In this document: piece after piece, positions 12,806-27,925 of the stretch
Layout: the number at the start of each line of letters is the position of its first letter
How positions within the stretch are numbered: the first letter of the stretch is position 1
Source: Escherichia coli
Lineage (GTDB): Bacteria > Pseudomonadota > Gammaproteobacteria > Enterobacterales > Enterobacteriaceae
Reading direction: 5' to 3' (one strand)
Assembly (NCBI RefSeq): GCF_045037415.1
Contig: NZ_CP173438.1
Length of the DNA: 64,000 nucleotides
Notes under the pieces: model-generated
Seen by the model: only the letters and a program-made list of their open reading frames with translations
Databases searched by the model: none
Told to the model about the DNA's origin: nothing
Program-made: the position numbers and the translations under genes

Positions 12806-14146
12806 ATGAGTTCTCAATTTACGACGCCTGTTGTTACTGAAATGCAGGTCATCCCGGTGGCGGGTCATGACAGTATGCTGATGAATCTGAGTGGTGCACA
12901 TGCACCGTTCTTCACGCGTAATATTGTGATTATCAAAGATAATTCCGGTCACACTGGCGTAGGGGAAATTCCCGGCGGCGAGAAAATCCGTAAAACGCTG
13001 GAAGATGCGATTCCGCTGGTGGTGGGTAAAACGCTGGGTGAATACAAAAACGTTCTGACGCTGGTGCGTAATACGTTTGCCGATCGTGATGCCGGTGGGC
13101 GCGGTTTGCAGACATTTGATTTGCGTACCACTATTCATGTAGTTACCGGGATAGAAGCGGCAATGCTGGATCTGTTGGGGCAGCATCTGGGGGTAAACGT
13201 GGCATCGCTGCTGGGCGATGGCCAACAGCGTAGCGAAGTCGAAATGCTCGGTTATCTGTTCTTCGTCGGTAATCGCAAAGCCACACCGCTGCCGTATCAA
13301 AGCCAGCCGGATGATCAATGTGACTGGTATCGCCTGCGTCACGAAGAAGCGATGACGCCGGATGCGGTGGTGCGCCTGGCGGAAGCGGCATATGAAAAAT
13401 ATGGCTTCAACGATTTCAAACTGAAGGGCGGTGTACTGGCCGGGGAAGAAGAAGCAGAATCTATTGTGGCACTGGCGCAACGTTTCCCGCAGGCGCGTAT
13501 TACGCTCGATCCTAACGGTGCCTGGTCGCTGAACGAAGCGATTAAAATCGGTACATACCTGAAAGGTTCGCTGGCTTATGCAGAAGATCCGTGTGGTGCG
13601 GAGCAAGGTTTCTCCGGGCGTGAAGTGATGGCAGAGTTCCGTCGCGCAACTGGCCTGCCGACCGCAACCAATATGATCGCCACCGACTGGCGGCAGATGG
13701 GCCATACGCTCTCGTTGCAATCCGTTGATATCCCGCTTGCGGATCCGCATTTCTGGACGATGCAAGGTTCGGTACGTGTGGCGCAAATGTGTCATGAATT
13801 TGGCCTGACCTGGGGTTCACACTCCAACAACCACTTCGATATTTCCCTGGCGATGTTTACCCATGTTGCCGCTGCCGCACCGGGTAAAATCACCGCGATT
13901 GATACGCACTGGATCTGGCAGGAAGGTAATCAGCGCCTGACCAAAGAACCGTTAGAGATCAAAGGCGGTCTGGTTCAGGTGCCAGAAAAACCGGGGCTGG
14001 GTGTAGAAATCGATATGGATCAAGTGATGAAAGCGCACGAGCTGTATCAGAAACACGGGCTTGGCGCGCGTGACGATGCGATGGGAATGCAGTACCTGAT
14101 CCCCGGCTGGACGTTCGATAACAAGCGTCCGTGCATGGTGCGTTAA
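12806..14146 (+). CDS. gudD: Glucarate dehydratase
   Basis: Enolase-superfamily translation starting [20 protein letters not shown]; start placed at the ATG at 12806 (AAGGA Shine-Dalgarno) rather than the ORF-track start at 12782. Confidence 0.9.
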   Translation: MSSQFTTPVVTEMQVIPVAGHDSMLMNLSGAHAPFFTRNIVIIKDNSGHTGVGEIPGGEKIRKTLEDAIPLVVGKTLGEYKNVLTLVRNTFADRDAGGRGLQTFDLRTTIHVVTGIEAAMLDLLGQHLGVNVASLLGDGQQRSEVEMLGYLFFVGNRKATPLPYQSQPDDQCDWYRLRHEEAMTPDAVVRLAEAAYEKYGFNDFKLKGGVLAGEEEAESIVALAQRFPQARITLDPNGAWSLNEAIKIGTYLKGSLAYAEDPCGAEQGFSGREVMAEFRRATGLPTATNMIATDWRQMGHTLSLQSVDIPLADPHFWTMQGSVRVAQMCHEFGLTWGSHSNNHFDISLAMFTHVAAAAPGKITAIDTHWIWQEGNQRLTKEPLEIKGGLVQVPEKPGLGVEIDMDQVMKAHELYQKHGLGARDDAMGMQYLIPGWTFDNKRPCMVR

Positions 14147-14153
14147 GACAGAA

Positions 14154-14183
14154 AACCAAAACCGGCTCTATCTGGAGCCGGTT
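14154..14183 (+). terminator. Hairpin downstream of gudD
   Basis: AAACCGGCTC-TATCTG-GAGCCGGTTT stem-loop; weak T-tract. Confidence 0.4.
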
Positions 14184-14273
14184 TGAGACTGATGCCAAAC
14201 GCAAAATTGCCTGTTGCGCTACGTATCAGGGCTACATCATTTTTTAATTCATTGAATTTAATTGGTTTTGCAG

Positions 14274-14303
14274 GCCGGATAAGGCGTTAACGCCGCATCC
14301 GGC
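14274..14303. repeat. REP element between gudD and barA
   Basis: GCCGGATAAGGCGTTAACGCCGCATCCGGC palindromic REP-type sequence. Confidence 0.6.
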
Positions 14304-14376
14304 ATAAACACAGGCACTTGTCACCAATCTGAAACCAGCGTCATAAAAATCCGGTTGCTACTCGACAAGACGTCCA

Positions 14377-17133
14377 TTACCCGAGAATTTTGCTGGCTTC
14401 GCGCGCTACATTATCCATCTCGTCCAACAGTTCCAGCAGCTCCGGCTCCAAATCTTCTTCTTTAGTACCGCTACGTAGCTGTTGTTCGATCAGTTGGCAG
14501 AGATTCTTCATACGCGGTACACCGCTATAGCCGCAACTGCCATGCAGTTTATGAATCAAATCAACCAGGCCTTCCGGGTTTTCTCCAACCAGCTGTTCCT
14601 CAACTTTGTTGCGAACTTCAGGCAGGAAATCGAGTAACATTTGCAGCATATCGCGCGCTAAATCGGTTTTTCCTGCTGCCTGGCGTAGTGCCAGTTGCCA
14701 GTCGAGGGTCGCATTCGGGTTGACCACAATTTCGTTGACTTCGGGCGTCACGACGCGAGAGGAAATACCGCTGCCAGGCTTGTAGCGCAACAGCAAATTA
14801 TGCAATCGCTCTTCTTCGATCGGTTTGGCGAGATAATCACTCATCCCCGCGCCAAGCAGTTTCTCTTTTTGCCCGGCCATCGCATGCGCCGTTACCGCGA
14901 TAACCGGCGTTTGCTGCTGATGCGGGAGCTGGTGGATGAGCTCACATGCCCGAATGCCGTCCATGTCCGGCATTTGAATATCCATTAAGATTAAATCGAA
15001 CGGCATCTGTTTCGCCCGTTCAACTGCCTGATGCCCGCTATCGCAAAGTTCCACATGTTGCACCATATCTTCCAGCAATGCGCCGATAAGTTTCAGGTTA
15101 GCGGGGTTGTCATCAACCGCCATGACTGTCATTGCCAGCTTACTTTCATCGGTTACAGGCAAAAGCGTGTTTTGTTTGTGATGATAAAATTCCGTCAGGG
15201 CAGGCAACAGGCGCGTAGGTGTTAATGGTTTCAGCAGACACGCGCCGATACCATCTTGCTTAAGTTTTTCAGCATTGACTTGTGCATGGCAAGGAAGTGC
15301 CAGCATCAGGAAATCGGTCATCGATACCGCTTTCGCTAATCGCTCATGTTGCATTGTTAGCGGCTCGCGGAAGGTCACCGCGATGCCTAACAACATCATG
15401 TCGTAATGCGCGGGAGGCAGCGCGGAGAACGTTGGGCTATAAACCACTTCCAGCGGCGTTTCACTTAAAATATCCAGCGTGCATTGTGCTGCTGCGGAGT
15501 TTGGTTCGACATAGGCCAGGCGCTTACCAGCGAGGCACTGGGTGGATGGCCCTTCGATAATAATGTTCGGGTTCAGATCGAGATTAATGTGGAACCAGAA
15601 AGTTGAACCACGATTCGGCAGGCTATGGAACGAAATATCACCGCCCATTTCATTAACCAGTTTTTGTGTAATCACCAGCCCCAGCCCGGTGCCACCATGA
15701 CGGCGGGAAATACTGGCATCAGCCTGTCTGAAGGCCTGGAATAAGCGCGATTGATCGCGTTCAGGAATACCAATGCCGGTATCCCGAATCTGCACTTCAA
15801 TTTGCACTTTGGTATTACTCAGCGCACGTTTTTCCACCAGAATATCGATGTTGCCATTCTCGGTGAATTTAATCGCGTTCCCCACCAGGTTAGTGATGAT
15901 TTGCTGTAAACGTAGCGGGTCGCCAATCACGTTATCGGGGACGTCGCTCTTAATATTGAGCGTCAATTCCAGCCCTTTATCGTGGGAAGAGTGTGCCAGA
16001 AGGGTAACGACTTCATCCAGCGTGCTGCGCAGTGGGAACGGAATACTTTCCAGAATCAGCTTACCGGCTTCCAGTTTCGAGAAGTCGAGAACATCATTAA
16101 TAATTGCCAGCAAATTATTTGCCGAACGTTCAATCGTATTCAGGTGATCGCGCTGCGTTGGTGTTAATTCTGTTTTCAGCGTCAGGCGGGTAAAGCCAAT
16201 AACACCATTCAGTGGTGTACGCAGCTCGTGTGACATATTTGCCAGAAACTCGGATTTAATACGCGCCGCTTCCTGGGCGCGCTTTTTCGCCAGATCCAAC
16301 TCAACGTTCTGAATCTCCATTTGCTCCAGCGTCTCACGCAGATCGGACGTCGCCTGGTCGATATTGTGTTGCATCTCTTCGTGATAAGCCGCCAGCGACA
16401 TTGCCATCGAGTTGATACCGTTTTTCAGCATATCCAGCTCGCCGAGCATAAATCCTTCCACCCGGCTGTCGAGTTGCCCGCGACGGATGCGGTCGACGGT
16501 ATTCACCATGTTGCGAATCGGACCGGTTACATCGCGCATTAAGCGCCAGCCAAAAATAAGCGCAATACCGATACAAAACAGCATCATCACGCTGGAAATA
16601 AAGATCTCTTTATATTGCTGCAAGCGAACCGATTTAAGATCCAGCTCAAGCGCAATATATCCCAACATATTTTGACTATTTTTGGCATCGCTACTGGGCG
16701 ATTCGTCGGGGGAGTAACTCTCAGAAATAATCGGCGTGCGGAGGATCATAATATCGCCGTCACGAGTGACAGTGAGCTGGCGAGGAAACGGCACGTTGCT
16801 GCCGAGCTGCATTGATGAGGGATCAAGATGAAAATTGGAGGTGACAAAGAGTCGGTTATTTTCATCATAAACCGAAATCGCGCGAACAATATCAGAATGG
16901 CGACGATGCAGTACGCTTATTAACTGACCGATAGATTCGCGATTTTGCAGACTCATGCCATATTCAGTAGAAACTGCAAGCGGCTCAATAATGCTGGCAC
17001 CGGCATCTTCCAGTTGACGCTGCAAGTCGTTATAGCGATGCACGACGAAAAAGATACTCAGCAATAAACCAATAAGGACGGTCGGTGCCAGGATCAGAAT
17101 CATCATGCGTGCGCGCAGGCTGTAGTTGGTCAT
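14377..17133 (-). CDS. barA: Hybrid sensor histidine kinase BarA (partner of UvrY)
   Basis: 918 aa translation with HAMP, HisKA (HELRTPLN), receiver and HPt regions; synteny. Confidence 0.95.
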   Translation of the reverse strand: MTNYSLRARMMILILAPTVLIGLLLSIFFVVHRYNDLQRQLEDAGASIIEPLAVSTEYGMSLQNRESIGQLISVLHRRHSDIVRAISVYDENNRLFVTSNFHLDPSSMQLGSNVPFPRQLTVTRDGDIMILRTPIISESYSPDESPSSDAKNSQNMLGYIALELDLKSVRLQQYKEIFISSVMMLFCIGIALIFGWRLMRDVTGPIRNMVNTVDRIRRGQLDSRVEGFMLGELDMLKNGINSMAMSLAAYHEEMQHNIDQATSDLRETLEQMEIQNVELDLAKKRAQEAARIKSEFLANMSHELRTPLNGVIGFTRLTLKTELTPTQRDHLNTIERSANNLLAIINDVLDFSKLEAGKLILESIPFPLRSTLDEVVTLLAHSSHDKGLELTLNIKSDVPDNVIGDPLRLQQIITNLVGNAIKFTENGNIDILVEKRALSNTKVQIEVQIRDTGIGIPERDQSRLFQAFRQADASISRRHGGTGLGLVITQKLVNEMGGDISFHSLPNRGSTFWFHINLDLNPNIIIEGPSTQCLAGKRLAYVEPNSAAAQCTLDILSETPLEVVYSPTFSALPPAHYDMMLLGIAVTFREPLTMQHERLAKAVSMTDFLMLALPCHAQVNAEKLKQDGIGACLLKPLTPTRLLPALTEFYHHKQNTLLPVTDESKLAMTVMAVDDNPANLKLIGALLEDMVQHVELCDSGHQAVERAKQMPFDLILMDIQMPDMDGIRACELIHQLPHQQQTPVIAVTAHAMAGQKEKLLGAGMSDYLAKPIEEERLHNLLLRYKPGSGISSRVVTPEVNEIVVNPNATLDWQLALRQAAGKTDLARDMLQMLLDFLPEVRNKVEEQLVGENPEGLVDLIHKLHGSCGYSGVPRMKNLCQLIEQQLRSGTKEEDLEPELLELLDEMDNVAREASKILG

Positions 17134-17189
17134 GGAGTTCCGTTATGGGACAATTAAGGTCACACTGTTAAATTGAGAAAGTCTCGCCA

Positions 17190-18491
17190 ATGGCGCAATT
17201 CTACTCTGCAAAACGACGCACGACGACGCGTCAGATCATAACCGTTTCAGTCAACGACCTCGACTCTTTTGGTCAGGGTGTGGCGCGACATAACGGCAAA
17301 ACATTATTTATCCCCGGATTATTGCCGCAGGAAAACGCGGAAGTTACTGTTACTGAAGATAAAAAACAGTATGCCCGCGCTAAAGTCGTACGCCGGTTAA
17401 GCGATAGCCCGGAACGCGAAACGCCACGCTGTCCTCATTTTGGCGTATGCGGCGGCTGTCAGCAACAACACGCCAGCGTGGATTTACAGCAGCGAAGCAA
17501 AAGTGCGGCACTCGCCCGATTAATGAAACACGAAGTCTCTGAAGTGATCGCCGATGTTCCTTGGGGCTATCGCCGTCGCGCGCGTTTAAGTCTGAACTAC
17601 TTACCGAAAACACAGCAACTTCAGATGGGGTTTCGCAAAGCGGGCTCCAGTGACATTGTCGACGTTAAACAATGCCCCATTTTAGTGCCCCAACTAGAAG
17701 CATTGCTGCCCAAAGTCAGGGCATGCCTGGGCAGCTTACAAGCTATGCGCCATCTTGGTCATGTTGAACTGGTACAGGCAACCAGCGGCACGCTAATGAT
17801 TTTGCGCCATACCGCACCGCTAAGTTCGGCAGATCGCGAAAAACTGGAATGCTTTTCGCATTCTGAAGGCCTGGATCTGTATCTCGCCCCCGATAGTGAG
17901 ATACTCGAAACCGTCTCTGGTGAGATGCCCTGGTATGACTCAAATGGGTTGCGCTTAACTTTTAGCCCGCGCGATTTTATTCAGGTCAATGCGGGTGTGA
18001 ACCAAAAAATGGTAGCGCGTGCGTTGGAATGGCTGGATGTGGAACCTGAAGATCGCGTACTGGATCTGTTCTGCGGTATGGGCAACTTTACACTGCCATT
18101 GGCGACACAAGCTGCCAGTGTGGTCGGTGTAGAAGGTGTTCCGGCGCTGGTGGAAAAAGGCCAGCAGAATGCGCGTCTTAATGGCTTACAGAATGTGACG
18201 TTTTATCACGAAAATCTTGAAGAAGATGTCACAAAGCAGCCGTGGGCGAAAAACGGCTTCGATAAAGTGTTGTTGGACCCGGCGCGAGCAGGTGCCGCAG
18301 GTGTTATGCAGCAAATTATAAAACTGGAACCTATTCGTATAGTTTATGTATCCTGTAACCCTGCAACGCTGGCTCGGGATAGCGAAGCGTTATTAAAAGC
18401 AGGATATACCATTGCGCGACTGGCGATGCTGGATATGTTCCCACACACGGGACATCTGGAATCGATGGTACTTTTCTCGCGCGTTAAATAG
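17190..18491 (+). CDS. rlmD: 23S rRNA (uracil1939-C5)-methyltransferase
   Basis: 433 aa translation recognised as RlmD/RumA; divergent from barA. Confidence 0.9.
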   Translation: MAQFYSAKRRTTTRQIITVSVNDLDSFGQGVARHNGKTLFIPGLLPQENAEVTVTEDKKQYARAKVVRRLSDSPERETPRCPHFGVCGGCQQQHASVDLQQRSKSAALARLMKHEVSEVIADVPWGYRRRARLSLNYLPKTQQLQMGFRKAGSSDIVDVKQCPILVPQLEALLPKVRACLGSLQAMRHLGHVELVQATSGTLMILRHTAPLSSADREKLECFSHSEGLDLYLAPDSEILETVSGEMPWYDSNGLRLTFSPRDFIQVNAGVNQKMVARALEWLDVEPEDRVLDLFCGMGNFTLPLATQAASVVGVEGVPALVEKGQQNARLNGLQNVTFYHENLEEDVTKQPWAKNGFDKVLLDPARAGAAGVMQQIIKLEPIRIVYVSCNPATLARDSEALLKAGYTIARLAMLDMFPHTGHLESMVLFSRVK

Positions 18492-18538
18492 TTACGATTT
18501 GCCGATTTCGGCAGGTCTGGTCCCTAAAGGAGAGGACG

Positions 18539-20773
18539 ATGGTTGCGGTAAGAAGTGCACATATCAATAAGGCTGGTGAATTTGATCCGGAAAAATGGAT
18601 CGCAAGTCTGGGTATTACCAGCCAGAAGTCGTGTGAGTGCTTAGCCGAAACCTGGGCGTATTGTCTGCAACAGACGCAGGGGCATCCGGATGCCAGTCTG
18701 TTATTGTGGCGTGGTGTTGAGATGGTGGAGATCCTCTCGACATTAAGTATGGACATTGACACGCTGCGGGCGGCGCTGCTATTCCCTCTGGCTGATGCCA
18801 ACGTAGTCAGCGAAGATGTGCTGCGCGAGAGCGTCGGTAAGTCGGTCGTTAACCTTATTCACGGCGTGCGTGATATGGCGGCGATCCGCCAGCTGAAAGC
18901 GACGCACACTGATTCTGTTTCCTCCGAACAGGTCGATAACGTTCGCCGGATGTTATTGGCGATGGTCGATGATTTTCGCTGCGTAGTCATCAAACTGGCG
19001 GAGCGTATTGCTCATCTGCGCGAAGTAAAAGATGCGCCGGAAGATGAACGTGTACTGGCGGCAAAAGAGTGCACCAATATCTACGCGCCGTTGGCGAACC
19101 GTCTTGGGATTGGGCAACTGAAATGGGAGCTGGAAGATTACTGCTTCCGTTATCTCCACCCGACCGAATACAAACGCATCGCAAAACTGTTGCATGAACG
19201 CCGTCTCGACCGCGAACACTATATCGAAGAGTTTGTCGGCCATCTGCGCGCTGAGATGAAAGCTGAAGGCGTTAAAGCCGAAGTGTATGGCCGTCCGAAA
19301 CACATCTACAGCATCTGGCGCAAAATGCAGAAAAAGAACCTCGCCTTCGATGAGCTGTTTGATGTGCGTGCGGTACGTATTGTCGCCGAGCGTTTACAGG
19401 ATTGTTATGCCGCACTGGGGATAGTGCACACTCACTATCGCCACCTGCCGGATGAGTTTGACGATTACGTCGCTAACCCGAAACCAAACGGTTATCAGTC
19501 TATTCATACCGTGGTTCTGGGGCCGGGTGGCAAAACCGTTGAGATCCAAATCCGCACCAAACAGATGCATGAAGATGCAGAGTTGGGTGTTGCTGCGCAC
19601 TGGAAATATAAAGAGGGCGCGGCTGCTGGCGGCGCACGTTCGGGACATGAAGACCGGATTGCCTGGCTGCGTAAACTGATTGCGTGGCAGGAAGAGATGG
19701 CTGATTCCGGCGAAATGCTCGACGAAGTACGTAGTCAGGTCTTTGACGACCGAGTGTACGTCTTTACGCCGAAAGGTGATGTCGTTGATTTGCCTGCGGG
19801 ATCAACGCCGCTGGACTTCGCTTACCACATCCACAGTGATGTCGGACACCGCTGCATCGGGGCAAAAATTGGCGGGCGCATTGTGCCGTTCACCTACCAG
19901 CTGCAGATGGGCGACCAGATTGAAATTATCACCCAGAAACAGCCGAACCCCAGCCGTGACTGGTTAAACCCAAACCTCGGTTACGTCACAACCAGCCGTG
20001 GGCGTTCGAAAATTCACGCCTGGTTCCGTAAACAGGACCGTGACAAAAACATTCTGGCTGGGCGGCAAATCCTTGACGACGAGCTGGAACATCTGGGGAT
20101 CAGCCTGAAAGAAGCAGAAAAACATCTGCTGCCGCGTTACAACTTCAATGATGTCGACGAGTTGCTGGCGGCGATTGGTGGCGGGGATATCCGTCTCAAT
20201 CAGATGGTGAACTTCCTGCAATCGCAATTTAATAAGCCGAGTGCCGAAGAGCAGGACGCCGCCGCGCTGAAACAGCTTCAGCAAAAAAGCTACACGCCGC
20301 AAAACCGCAGTAAAGATAACGGTCGTGTGGTGGTAGAAGGGGTCGGTAACCTGATGCACCACATCGCGCGCTGCTGCCAGCCGATTCCTGGAGATGAGAT
20401 TGTCGGCTTCATTACCCAGGGGCGCGGTATTTCAGTACACCGCGCCGATTGCGAACAATTGGCGGAACTGCGCTCCCATGCGCCAGAACGCATTGTTGAC
20501 GCGGTATGGGGCGAGAGCTACTCCGCCGGATATTCGCTGGTGGTCCGCGTGGTGGCTAATGATCGTAGTGGGTTGTTACGTGATATCACCACCATTCTCG
20601 CCAACGAGAAGGTGAACGTACTTGGCGTTGCCAGCCGTAGCGACACCAAACAGCAACTGGCGACCATCGACATGACCATTGAGATTTACAACCTGCAAGT
20701 GCTGGGTCGCGTGCTGGGTAAACTCAACCAGGTACCGGATGTTATCGACGCGCGTCGGTTGCACGGGAGTTAA
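18539..20773 (+). CDS. relA: GTP pyrophosphokinase ((p)ppGpp synthetase I)
   Basis: 744 aa translation recognised as RelA. Confidence 0.95.
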   Translation: MVAVRSAHINKAGEFDPEKWIASLGITSQKSCECLAETWAYCLQQTQGHPDASLLLWRGVEMVEILSTLSMDIDTLRAALLFPLADANVVSEDVLRESVGKSVVNLIHGVRDMAAIRQLKATHTDSVSSEQVDNVRRMLLAMVDDFRCVVIKLAERIAHLREVKDAPEDERVLAAKECTNIYAPLANRLGIGQLKWELEDYCFRYLHPTEYKRIAKLLHERRLDREHYIEEFVGHLRAEMKAEGVKAEVYGRPKHIYSIWRKMQKKNLAFDELFDVRAVRIVAERLQDCYAALGIVHTHYRHLPDEFDDYVANPKPNGYQSIHTVVLGPGGKTVEIQIRTKQMHEDAELGVAAHWKYKEGAAAGGARSGHEDRIAWLRKLIAWQEEMADSGEMLDEVRSQVFDDRVYVFTPKGDVVDLPAGSTPLDFAYHIHSDVGHRCIGAKIGGRIVPFTYQLQMGDQIEIITQKQPNPSRDWLNPNLGYVTTSRGRSKIHAWFRKQDRDKNILAGRQILDDELEHLGISLKEAEKHLLPRYNFNDVDELLAAIGGGDIRLNQMVNFLQSQFNKPSAEEQDAAALKQLQQKSYTPQNRSKDNGRVVVEGVGNLMHHIARCCQPIPGDEIVGFITQGRGISVHRADCEQLAELRSHAPERIVDAVWGESYSAGYSLVVRVVANDRSGLLRDITTILANEKVNVLGVASRSDTKQQLATIDMTIEIYNLQVLGRVLGKLNQVPDVIDARRLHGS

Positions 20774-20782
20774 TCTTACATA

Positions 20783-20810
20783 GCTGGATATGGCGTCAGC
20801 CGTATCCAGC
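20783..20810 (+). terminator. Hairpin in the short relA-mazG spacer
   Basis: GCTGGATA-N12-TATCCAGC stem-loop followed by GATATCTTTT. Confidence 0.35.
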
Positions 20811-20868
20811 GATATCTTTTACTCGAAGGTATTACACCTGACGGACCCGCAATTTTCAGGATAATTCA

Positions 20869-21660
20869 ATGAATCAAATCGACCGTTTGCTCACCATCAT
20901 GCAGCGCCTGCGCGACCCGGAAAACGGCTGCCCGTGGGATAAAGAGCAGACATTTGCCACCATTGCGCCTTACACCCTTGAAGAAACCTACGAGGTGCTG
21001 GACGCCATCGCCCGTGAAGATTTTGACGATCTGCGCGGTGAACTGGGCGATCTGCTGTTCCAGGTGGTGTTTTACGCACAAATAGCTCAGGAAGAAGGGC
21101 GCTTTGACTTTAATGATATTTGCGCTGCTATTAGCGATAAATTAGAGCGTCGCCATCCGCATGTTTTTGCTGACAGTTCTGCCGAAAATAGTAGTGAAGT
21201 GCTTGCCCGTTGGGAGCAAATCAAAACCGAAGAGCGCGCGCAGAAAGCGCAGCATTCGGCGCTGGACGATATTCCTCGTAGTTTACCGGCTTTAATGCGT
21301 GCGCAAAAAATCCAGAAACGTTGCGCCAACGTTGGTTTCGACTGGACGACGCTTGGTCCGGTAGTCGATAAAGTCTACGAAGAGATCGACGAGGTGATGT
21401 ACGAGGCGCGGCAGGCTGTTGTCGACCAGGCTAAACTGGAGGAGGAAATGGGTGACCTGCTGTTTGCCACGGTCAATCTGGCTCGTCATTTAGGGACAAA
21501 AGCGGAAATCGCATTGCAAAAAGCGAACGAAAAATTCGAGCGTCGTTTTCGCGAAGTGGAGCGTATTGTTGCCGCGCGTGGACTGGAAATGACAGGTGTT
21601 GACCTCGAAACAATGGAAGAAGTCTGGCAACAGGTAAAACGGCAGGAAATTGATCTCTAA
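20869..21660 (+). CDS. mazG: Nucleoside triphosphate pyrophosphohydrolase MazG
   Basis: 263 aa translation recognised as MazG; follows relA directly, with no mazE or mazF between them. Confidence 0.9.
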   Translation: MNQIDRLLTIMQRLRDPENGCPWDKEQTFATIAPYTLEETYEVLDAIAREDFDDLRGELGDLLFQVVFYAQIAQEEGRFDFNDICAAISDKLERRHPHVFADSSAENSSEVLARWEQIKTEERAQKAQHSALDDIPRSLPALMRAQKIQKRCANVGFDWTTLGPVVDKVYEEIDEVMYEARQAVVDQAKLEEEMGDLLFATVNLARHLGTKAEIALQKANEKFERRFREVERIVAARGLEMTGVDLETMEEVWQQVKRQEIDL

Positions 21661-21872
21661 GGGAATTACGTGGTCAAGCGCGATTTGTGTCATTTTTTAA
21701 ATGACAAGCGCTTGATTTGCGTCAAAAACATTTACCCCAAAGGGGCTATTTTCTCACTCCTGATTTCAATAGTGCGCTGGCGAAGAGGAGGGATAATGAA
21801 AGTTTGTGGCACAGGTCATGTTCGGGTATACTGCTTTCCCGTCCTGGTTATTCCATCGTCTTTTCAACCTAA

Positions 21873-23525
<1,653 letters not shown>

Positions 23526-23597
23526 GTAAAAAAGTTAGAACGGCAACGCGTACCCTGGGTACGCGTTGTTTGTCTGGAGTTTCAGTTTAACTAGTGA

Positions 23598-24911
<1,314 letters not shown>

Positions 24912-24930
24912 GTCTGACTTTATCTGATTT

Positions 24931-24962
24931 AAAAATGCCAGCCTTCGGGCTGGCGTTTTTTA
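24931..24962. terminator. Bidirectional intrinsic terminator between convergent eno and ygcG
   Basis: AAAAATGCCAGCC-TTCG-GGCTGGCGTTTTTT, with an A-tract before and a T-tract after the stem. Confidence 0.75.
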
Positions 24963-24970
24963 TGGTTGAG

Positions 24971-25843
24971 TTACCAACGACCGGACGCGCCGCCACCGCC
25001 AGAAGAACCGCCCCCGCCGCTAAATCCGCCGCCACTTGAGCCGCCACCGGAACCGCTGTTGTCTGAATGATAACTTCTACCAGATGCTTTTTTCTGAAGT
25101 ACACATAAACAGGTAAAGACCATAATGGTGGTGAAAGTAAAAAAGAAGAAAAATACAGCAATGGAAAAAGTTTTATCGGAGAACAGGAATAAATCTAAAA
25201 GATAGATTGCTGAAATACAGACACTGCTTTTACATGCGCGACAAAAATTACTGCCTTGATGAAAAAACCAGAAAGGGAAGAACATCACTGCAAATACCCA
25301 AAAAATAGCAAAGTAGTAATGATCGCTGGAAGATGCTGATTCACTTTCTGAAGGATTAACCGAATATTGGTGTTGTGAAGTGAGTCGGTTATTCAAAGCG
25401 ATTATAGCTAACTCTAATCCTTTAGCTAATTGTTGTTGTTTAAATGCGGGTATCATGTTGCTACGGATGATATCTCCAGCCAGAGCATCGGTTACCTTTT
25501 CTTCCAGTCCATAACCTACCTGGATGCGGACAGTGCGATCCGACCAGGCAACAATGATCAGTATCCCATCATTGCGTTTGGCATCTCCTAAACGCCAATT
25601 GTCAAAAACCCTTGCAGCATATTGTTCAATTGTCTCGTCTTTGGTTGTGGGAATAATTAATACAGCAATTTGTACTTGGGTATTATTGAAAATAGATTCT
25701 AGCTTGCGCGTCAGTTCTTTCTTTTCTTGTGAGTTTAAGCTACTCGTAAGATCCGTAACTTGTTGCTGTAATTGTGGGACAATAGTTGGTTGGGCTGCAA
25801 CAAAGGAACACACGAGTGTGAATATTAGTATGAAATAGCGCAT
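24971..25843 (-). CDS. ygcG: TPM-domain membrane protein YgcG
   Basis: 290 aa translation with signal peptide, a hydrophobic segment and a C-terminal Gly/Ser-rich tail; synteny next to eno. Confidence 0.8.
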   Translation of the reverse strand: MRYFILIFTLVCSFVAAQPTIVPQLQQQVTDLTSSLNSQEKKELTRKLESIFNNTQVQIAVLIIPTTKDETIEQYAARVFDNWRLGDAKRNDGILIIVAWSDRTVRIQVGYGLEEKVTDALAGDIIRSNMIPAFKQQQLAKGLELAIIALNNRLTSQHQYSVNPSESESASSSDHYYFAIFWVFAVMFFPFWFFHQGSNFCRACKSSVCISAIYLLDLFLFSDKTFSIAVFFFFFTFTTIMVFTCLCVLQKKASGRSYHSDNSGSGGGSSGGGFSGGGGSSGGGGASGRW

Positions 25844-26136
25844 TATAAATGTCCTATTAAAGCTGGATAAATAAATTGACGGCGGTATCGGTAATTTGAG
25901 GTTCGTTATAATTAAAAATGAATACAGAAAAGATAAATATAATTTTGGTGAATGTTTTTGACATGATTAAATCCCTTTACTTTATTTCTTTCTGACATAA
26001 TACGTCACTCCCTTTTATTATTAACGATATGTTTCGCATTTTTCTTTAAACCTGCCGGTAACAGAATGTTAATAAGACATGATTGTTGTGGCAGGATCTG
26101 CAATAATTAACAATTATCCACTTCACAGAGAATGCT

Positions 26137-26808
26137 ATGCAGTACCCGATTAACGAGATGTTCCAGACCCTGCAAGGTGAGGGTTACTTTACCGGCGTCC
26201 CCGCCATTTTTATTCGTTTACAGGGATGTCCGGTTGGCTGTGCCTGGTGCGACACCAAACACACCTGGGAAAAGCTTGAGGATCGGGAAGTCTCCCTTTT
26301 CAGCATTCTGGCGAAGACCAAAGAGAGTGATAAGTGGGGGGCGGCGAGCAGTGAAGATTTGCTGGCTGTCATTGGCCGTCAGGGATACACCGCGCGTCAC
26401 GTGGTGATTACGGGTGGTGAGCCTTGCATTCATGATTTGCTGCCGCTGACTGACCTGCTCGAAAAGAACGGTTTTAGCTGCCAGATAGAAACCAGTGGTA
26501 CTCATGAAGTACGCTGTACACCGAATACCTGGGTCACCGTGTCGCCAAAGCTGAATATGCGCGGTGGCTATGAAGTGTTGTCACAGGCACTGGAGCGAGC
26601 CAACGAAATCAAACACCCAGTGGGACGCGTACGTGATATCGAAGCACTGGATGAATTGCTTGCGACGCTGACCGATGATAAACCGCGAGTCATTGCACTG
26701 CAGCCAATTAGCCAGAAGGAAGATGCTACGCGTTTATGTATCGATACCTGCATTGCGCGCAACTGGCGTTTGTCGATGCAAACGCATAAATATTTAAATA
26801 TTGCCTGA
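26137..26808 (+). CDS. queE: 7-carboxy-7-deazaguanine synthase (radical SAM)
   Basis: 223 aa translation with the CxxxCxxC-type motif region GCPVGCAWCDT; recognised as QueE. Confidence 0.9.
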   Translation: MQYPINEMFQTLQGEGYFTGVPAIFIRLQGCPVGCAWCDTKHTWEKLEDREVSLFSILAKTKESDKWGAASSEDLLAVIGRQGYTARHVVITGGEPCIHDLLPLTDLLEKNGFSCQIETSGTHEVRCTPNTWVTVSPKLNMRGGYEVLSQALERANEIKHPVGRVRDIEALDELLATLTDDKPRVIALQPISQKEDATRLCIDTCIARNWRLSMQTHKYLNIA

Positions 26809-26892
26809 TTTGATTATGCATCATTGATATTTAACGTTCAGGATGAAAATAATCGCCCCGTTTTACAGGGGCGATGCAAGATAGTGACGGGA

Positions 26893-27900
26893 TTATCGGT
26901 AGCGTTTTTGTAGACTGGCAGGAAGATAACGCTGTAATGGGGATGGCGTTTCACCTTCAATCAGTTGCGAAATAAGTTCAAAGCAGTGAAAAGCAAGTTG
27001 GCGATTATCCTGTTGTATTGTGTCGATTCTTACCGAAAGTGAATCATACAAGTAATGATCATCAAAACTCGCCAGGTGGATTTTACTGTCGAGTAAATTA
27101 TATTGGCTCATATAGCGCAGAACGCCTTCCAGTAATCCACAAGCGGCAGTGAATAAGGCTTTAGGGGGACGTCCTAAACGAGCGCATAGCGCGGCAAACA
27201 TTTCATAGCCTGAGCTCGGATGATAATTACCGTGAATAATCCATTCAGGTTGTAGCGTTACTCCGGCTTGCTGCAAGCCTTGTGTAAATCCTTCCAGTCG
27301 ATCACGAGTCGGTGACAAACGGGGTTGTCCCCCCAGAAAATAGAATTCATCCGGGTGACTCCGTGCAATATCTGCCACCAGAGCGGCGGTGGGAGAAACA
27401 GAGTCAGTAATGACCAATGGCAATGTGCTGCCGTTCATGTGGCGATCGAACAACACAACAGGTAATTGCTCGCTAAGTTTTTGATAGTCATTATCATGCA
27501 GCATACTGGATGCGACGATTAACCCATCAACCTGGCGGGCAATCATATTGTTCACCACCATTGTTTCCTGTGAAGGATTTTCATCAGTACAGGATATGAG
27601 GAGTTGGACGCCCGCTTCCCGACACAATGTTTCCAGTTCATGGGAAAATACTGCAAATCCGTAGTTAGTGATTTCAGGAACGACGAGACCAATGGTATGA
27701 CTGCGGTTGTCCCGTAATGAGCGGGCATGAATGCTGGGCTGATAATGCTGCTGTTGGGCAATACTCAGCACACGCTCACGCGTTTCCTGCGCAACACGTA
27801 ACTCTTTGCCACGACCATTGAGAACCAGACTGGCGGTTGCTTTCGACACTCCCGCCAGTTCAGCAATGTCTTTAATAGTAACGCGTTTGGTTTTTCTCAC
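26893..27900 (-). CDS. scrR: LacI-family sucrose operon repressor
   Basis: 335 aa translation with an N-terminal HTH ([22 protein letters not shown]); last gene of a scrKYABR-type cluster. Confidence 0.85.
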   Translation of the reverse strand: MRKTKRVTIKDIAELAGVSKATASLVLNGRGKELRVAQETRERVLSIAQQQHYQPSIHARSLRDNRSHTIGLVVPEITNYGFAVFSHELETLCREAGVQLLISCTDENPSQETMVVNNMIARQVDGLIVASSMLHDNDYQKLSEQLPVVLFDRHMNGSTLPLVITDSVSPTAALVADIARSHPDEFYFLGGQPRLSPTRDRLEGFTQGLQQAGVTLQPEWIIHGNYHPSSGYEMFAALCARLGRPPKALFTAACGLLEGVLRYMSQYNLLDSKIHLASFDDHYLYDSLSVRIDTIQQDNRQLAFHCFELISQLIEGETPSPLQRYLPASLQKRYR

Positions 27901-27925
27901 GACGAGGATCCGTAATTCAAAACCC

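Noticed and set aside
12779-13795. 338-codon minus-strand ORF
   Set aside because: Antisense to gudD, with no domain signature; the same applies to the other long antisense ORFs in the track (23727-24722 opposite eno, 37927-38853 opposite ygcU, 46916-47968 opposite cysI, 59938-60992 opposite rpoS).
25844-26136. Possible 25-codon small ORF ([25 protein letters not shown]) in the AT-rich ygcG-queE divergent promoter region
   Set aside because: It has no convincing Shine-Dalgarno, lies in a region expected to hold two promoters, and an AT-rich sequence gives such short ORFs by chance. Not reportable without conservation or ribosome-profiling evidence.
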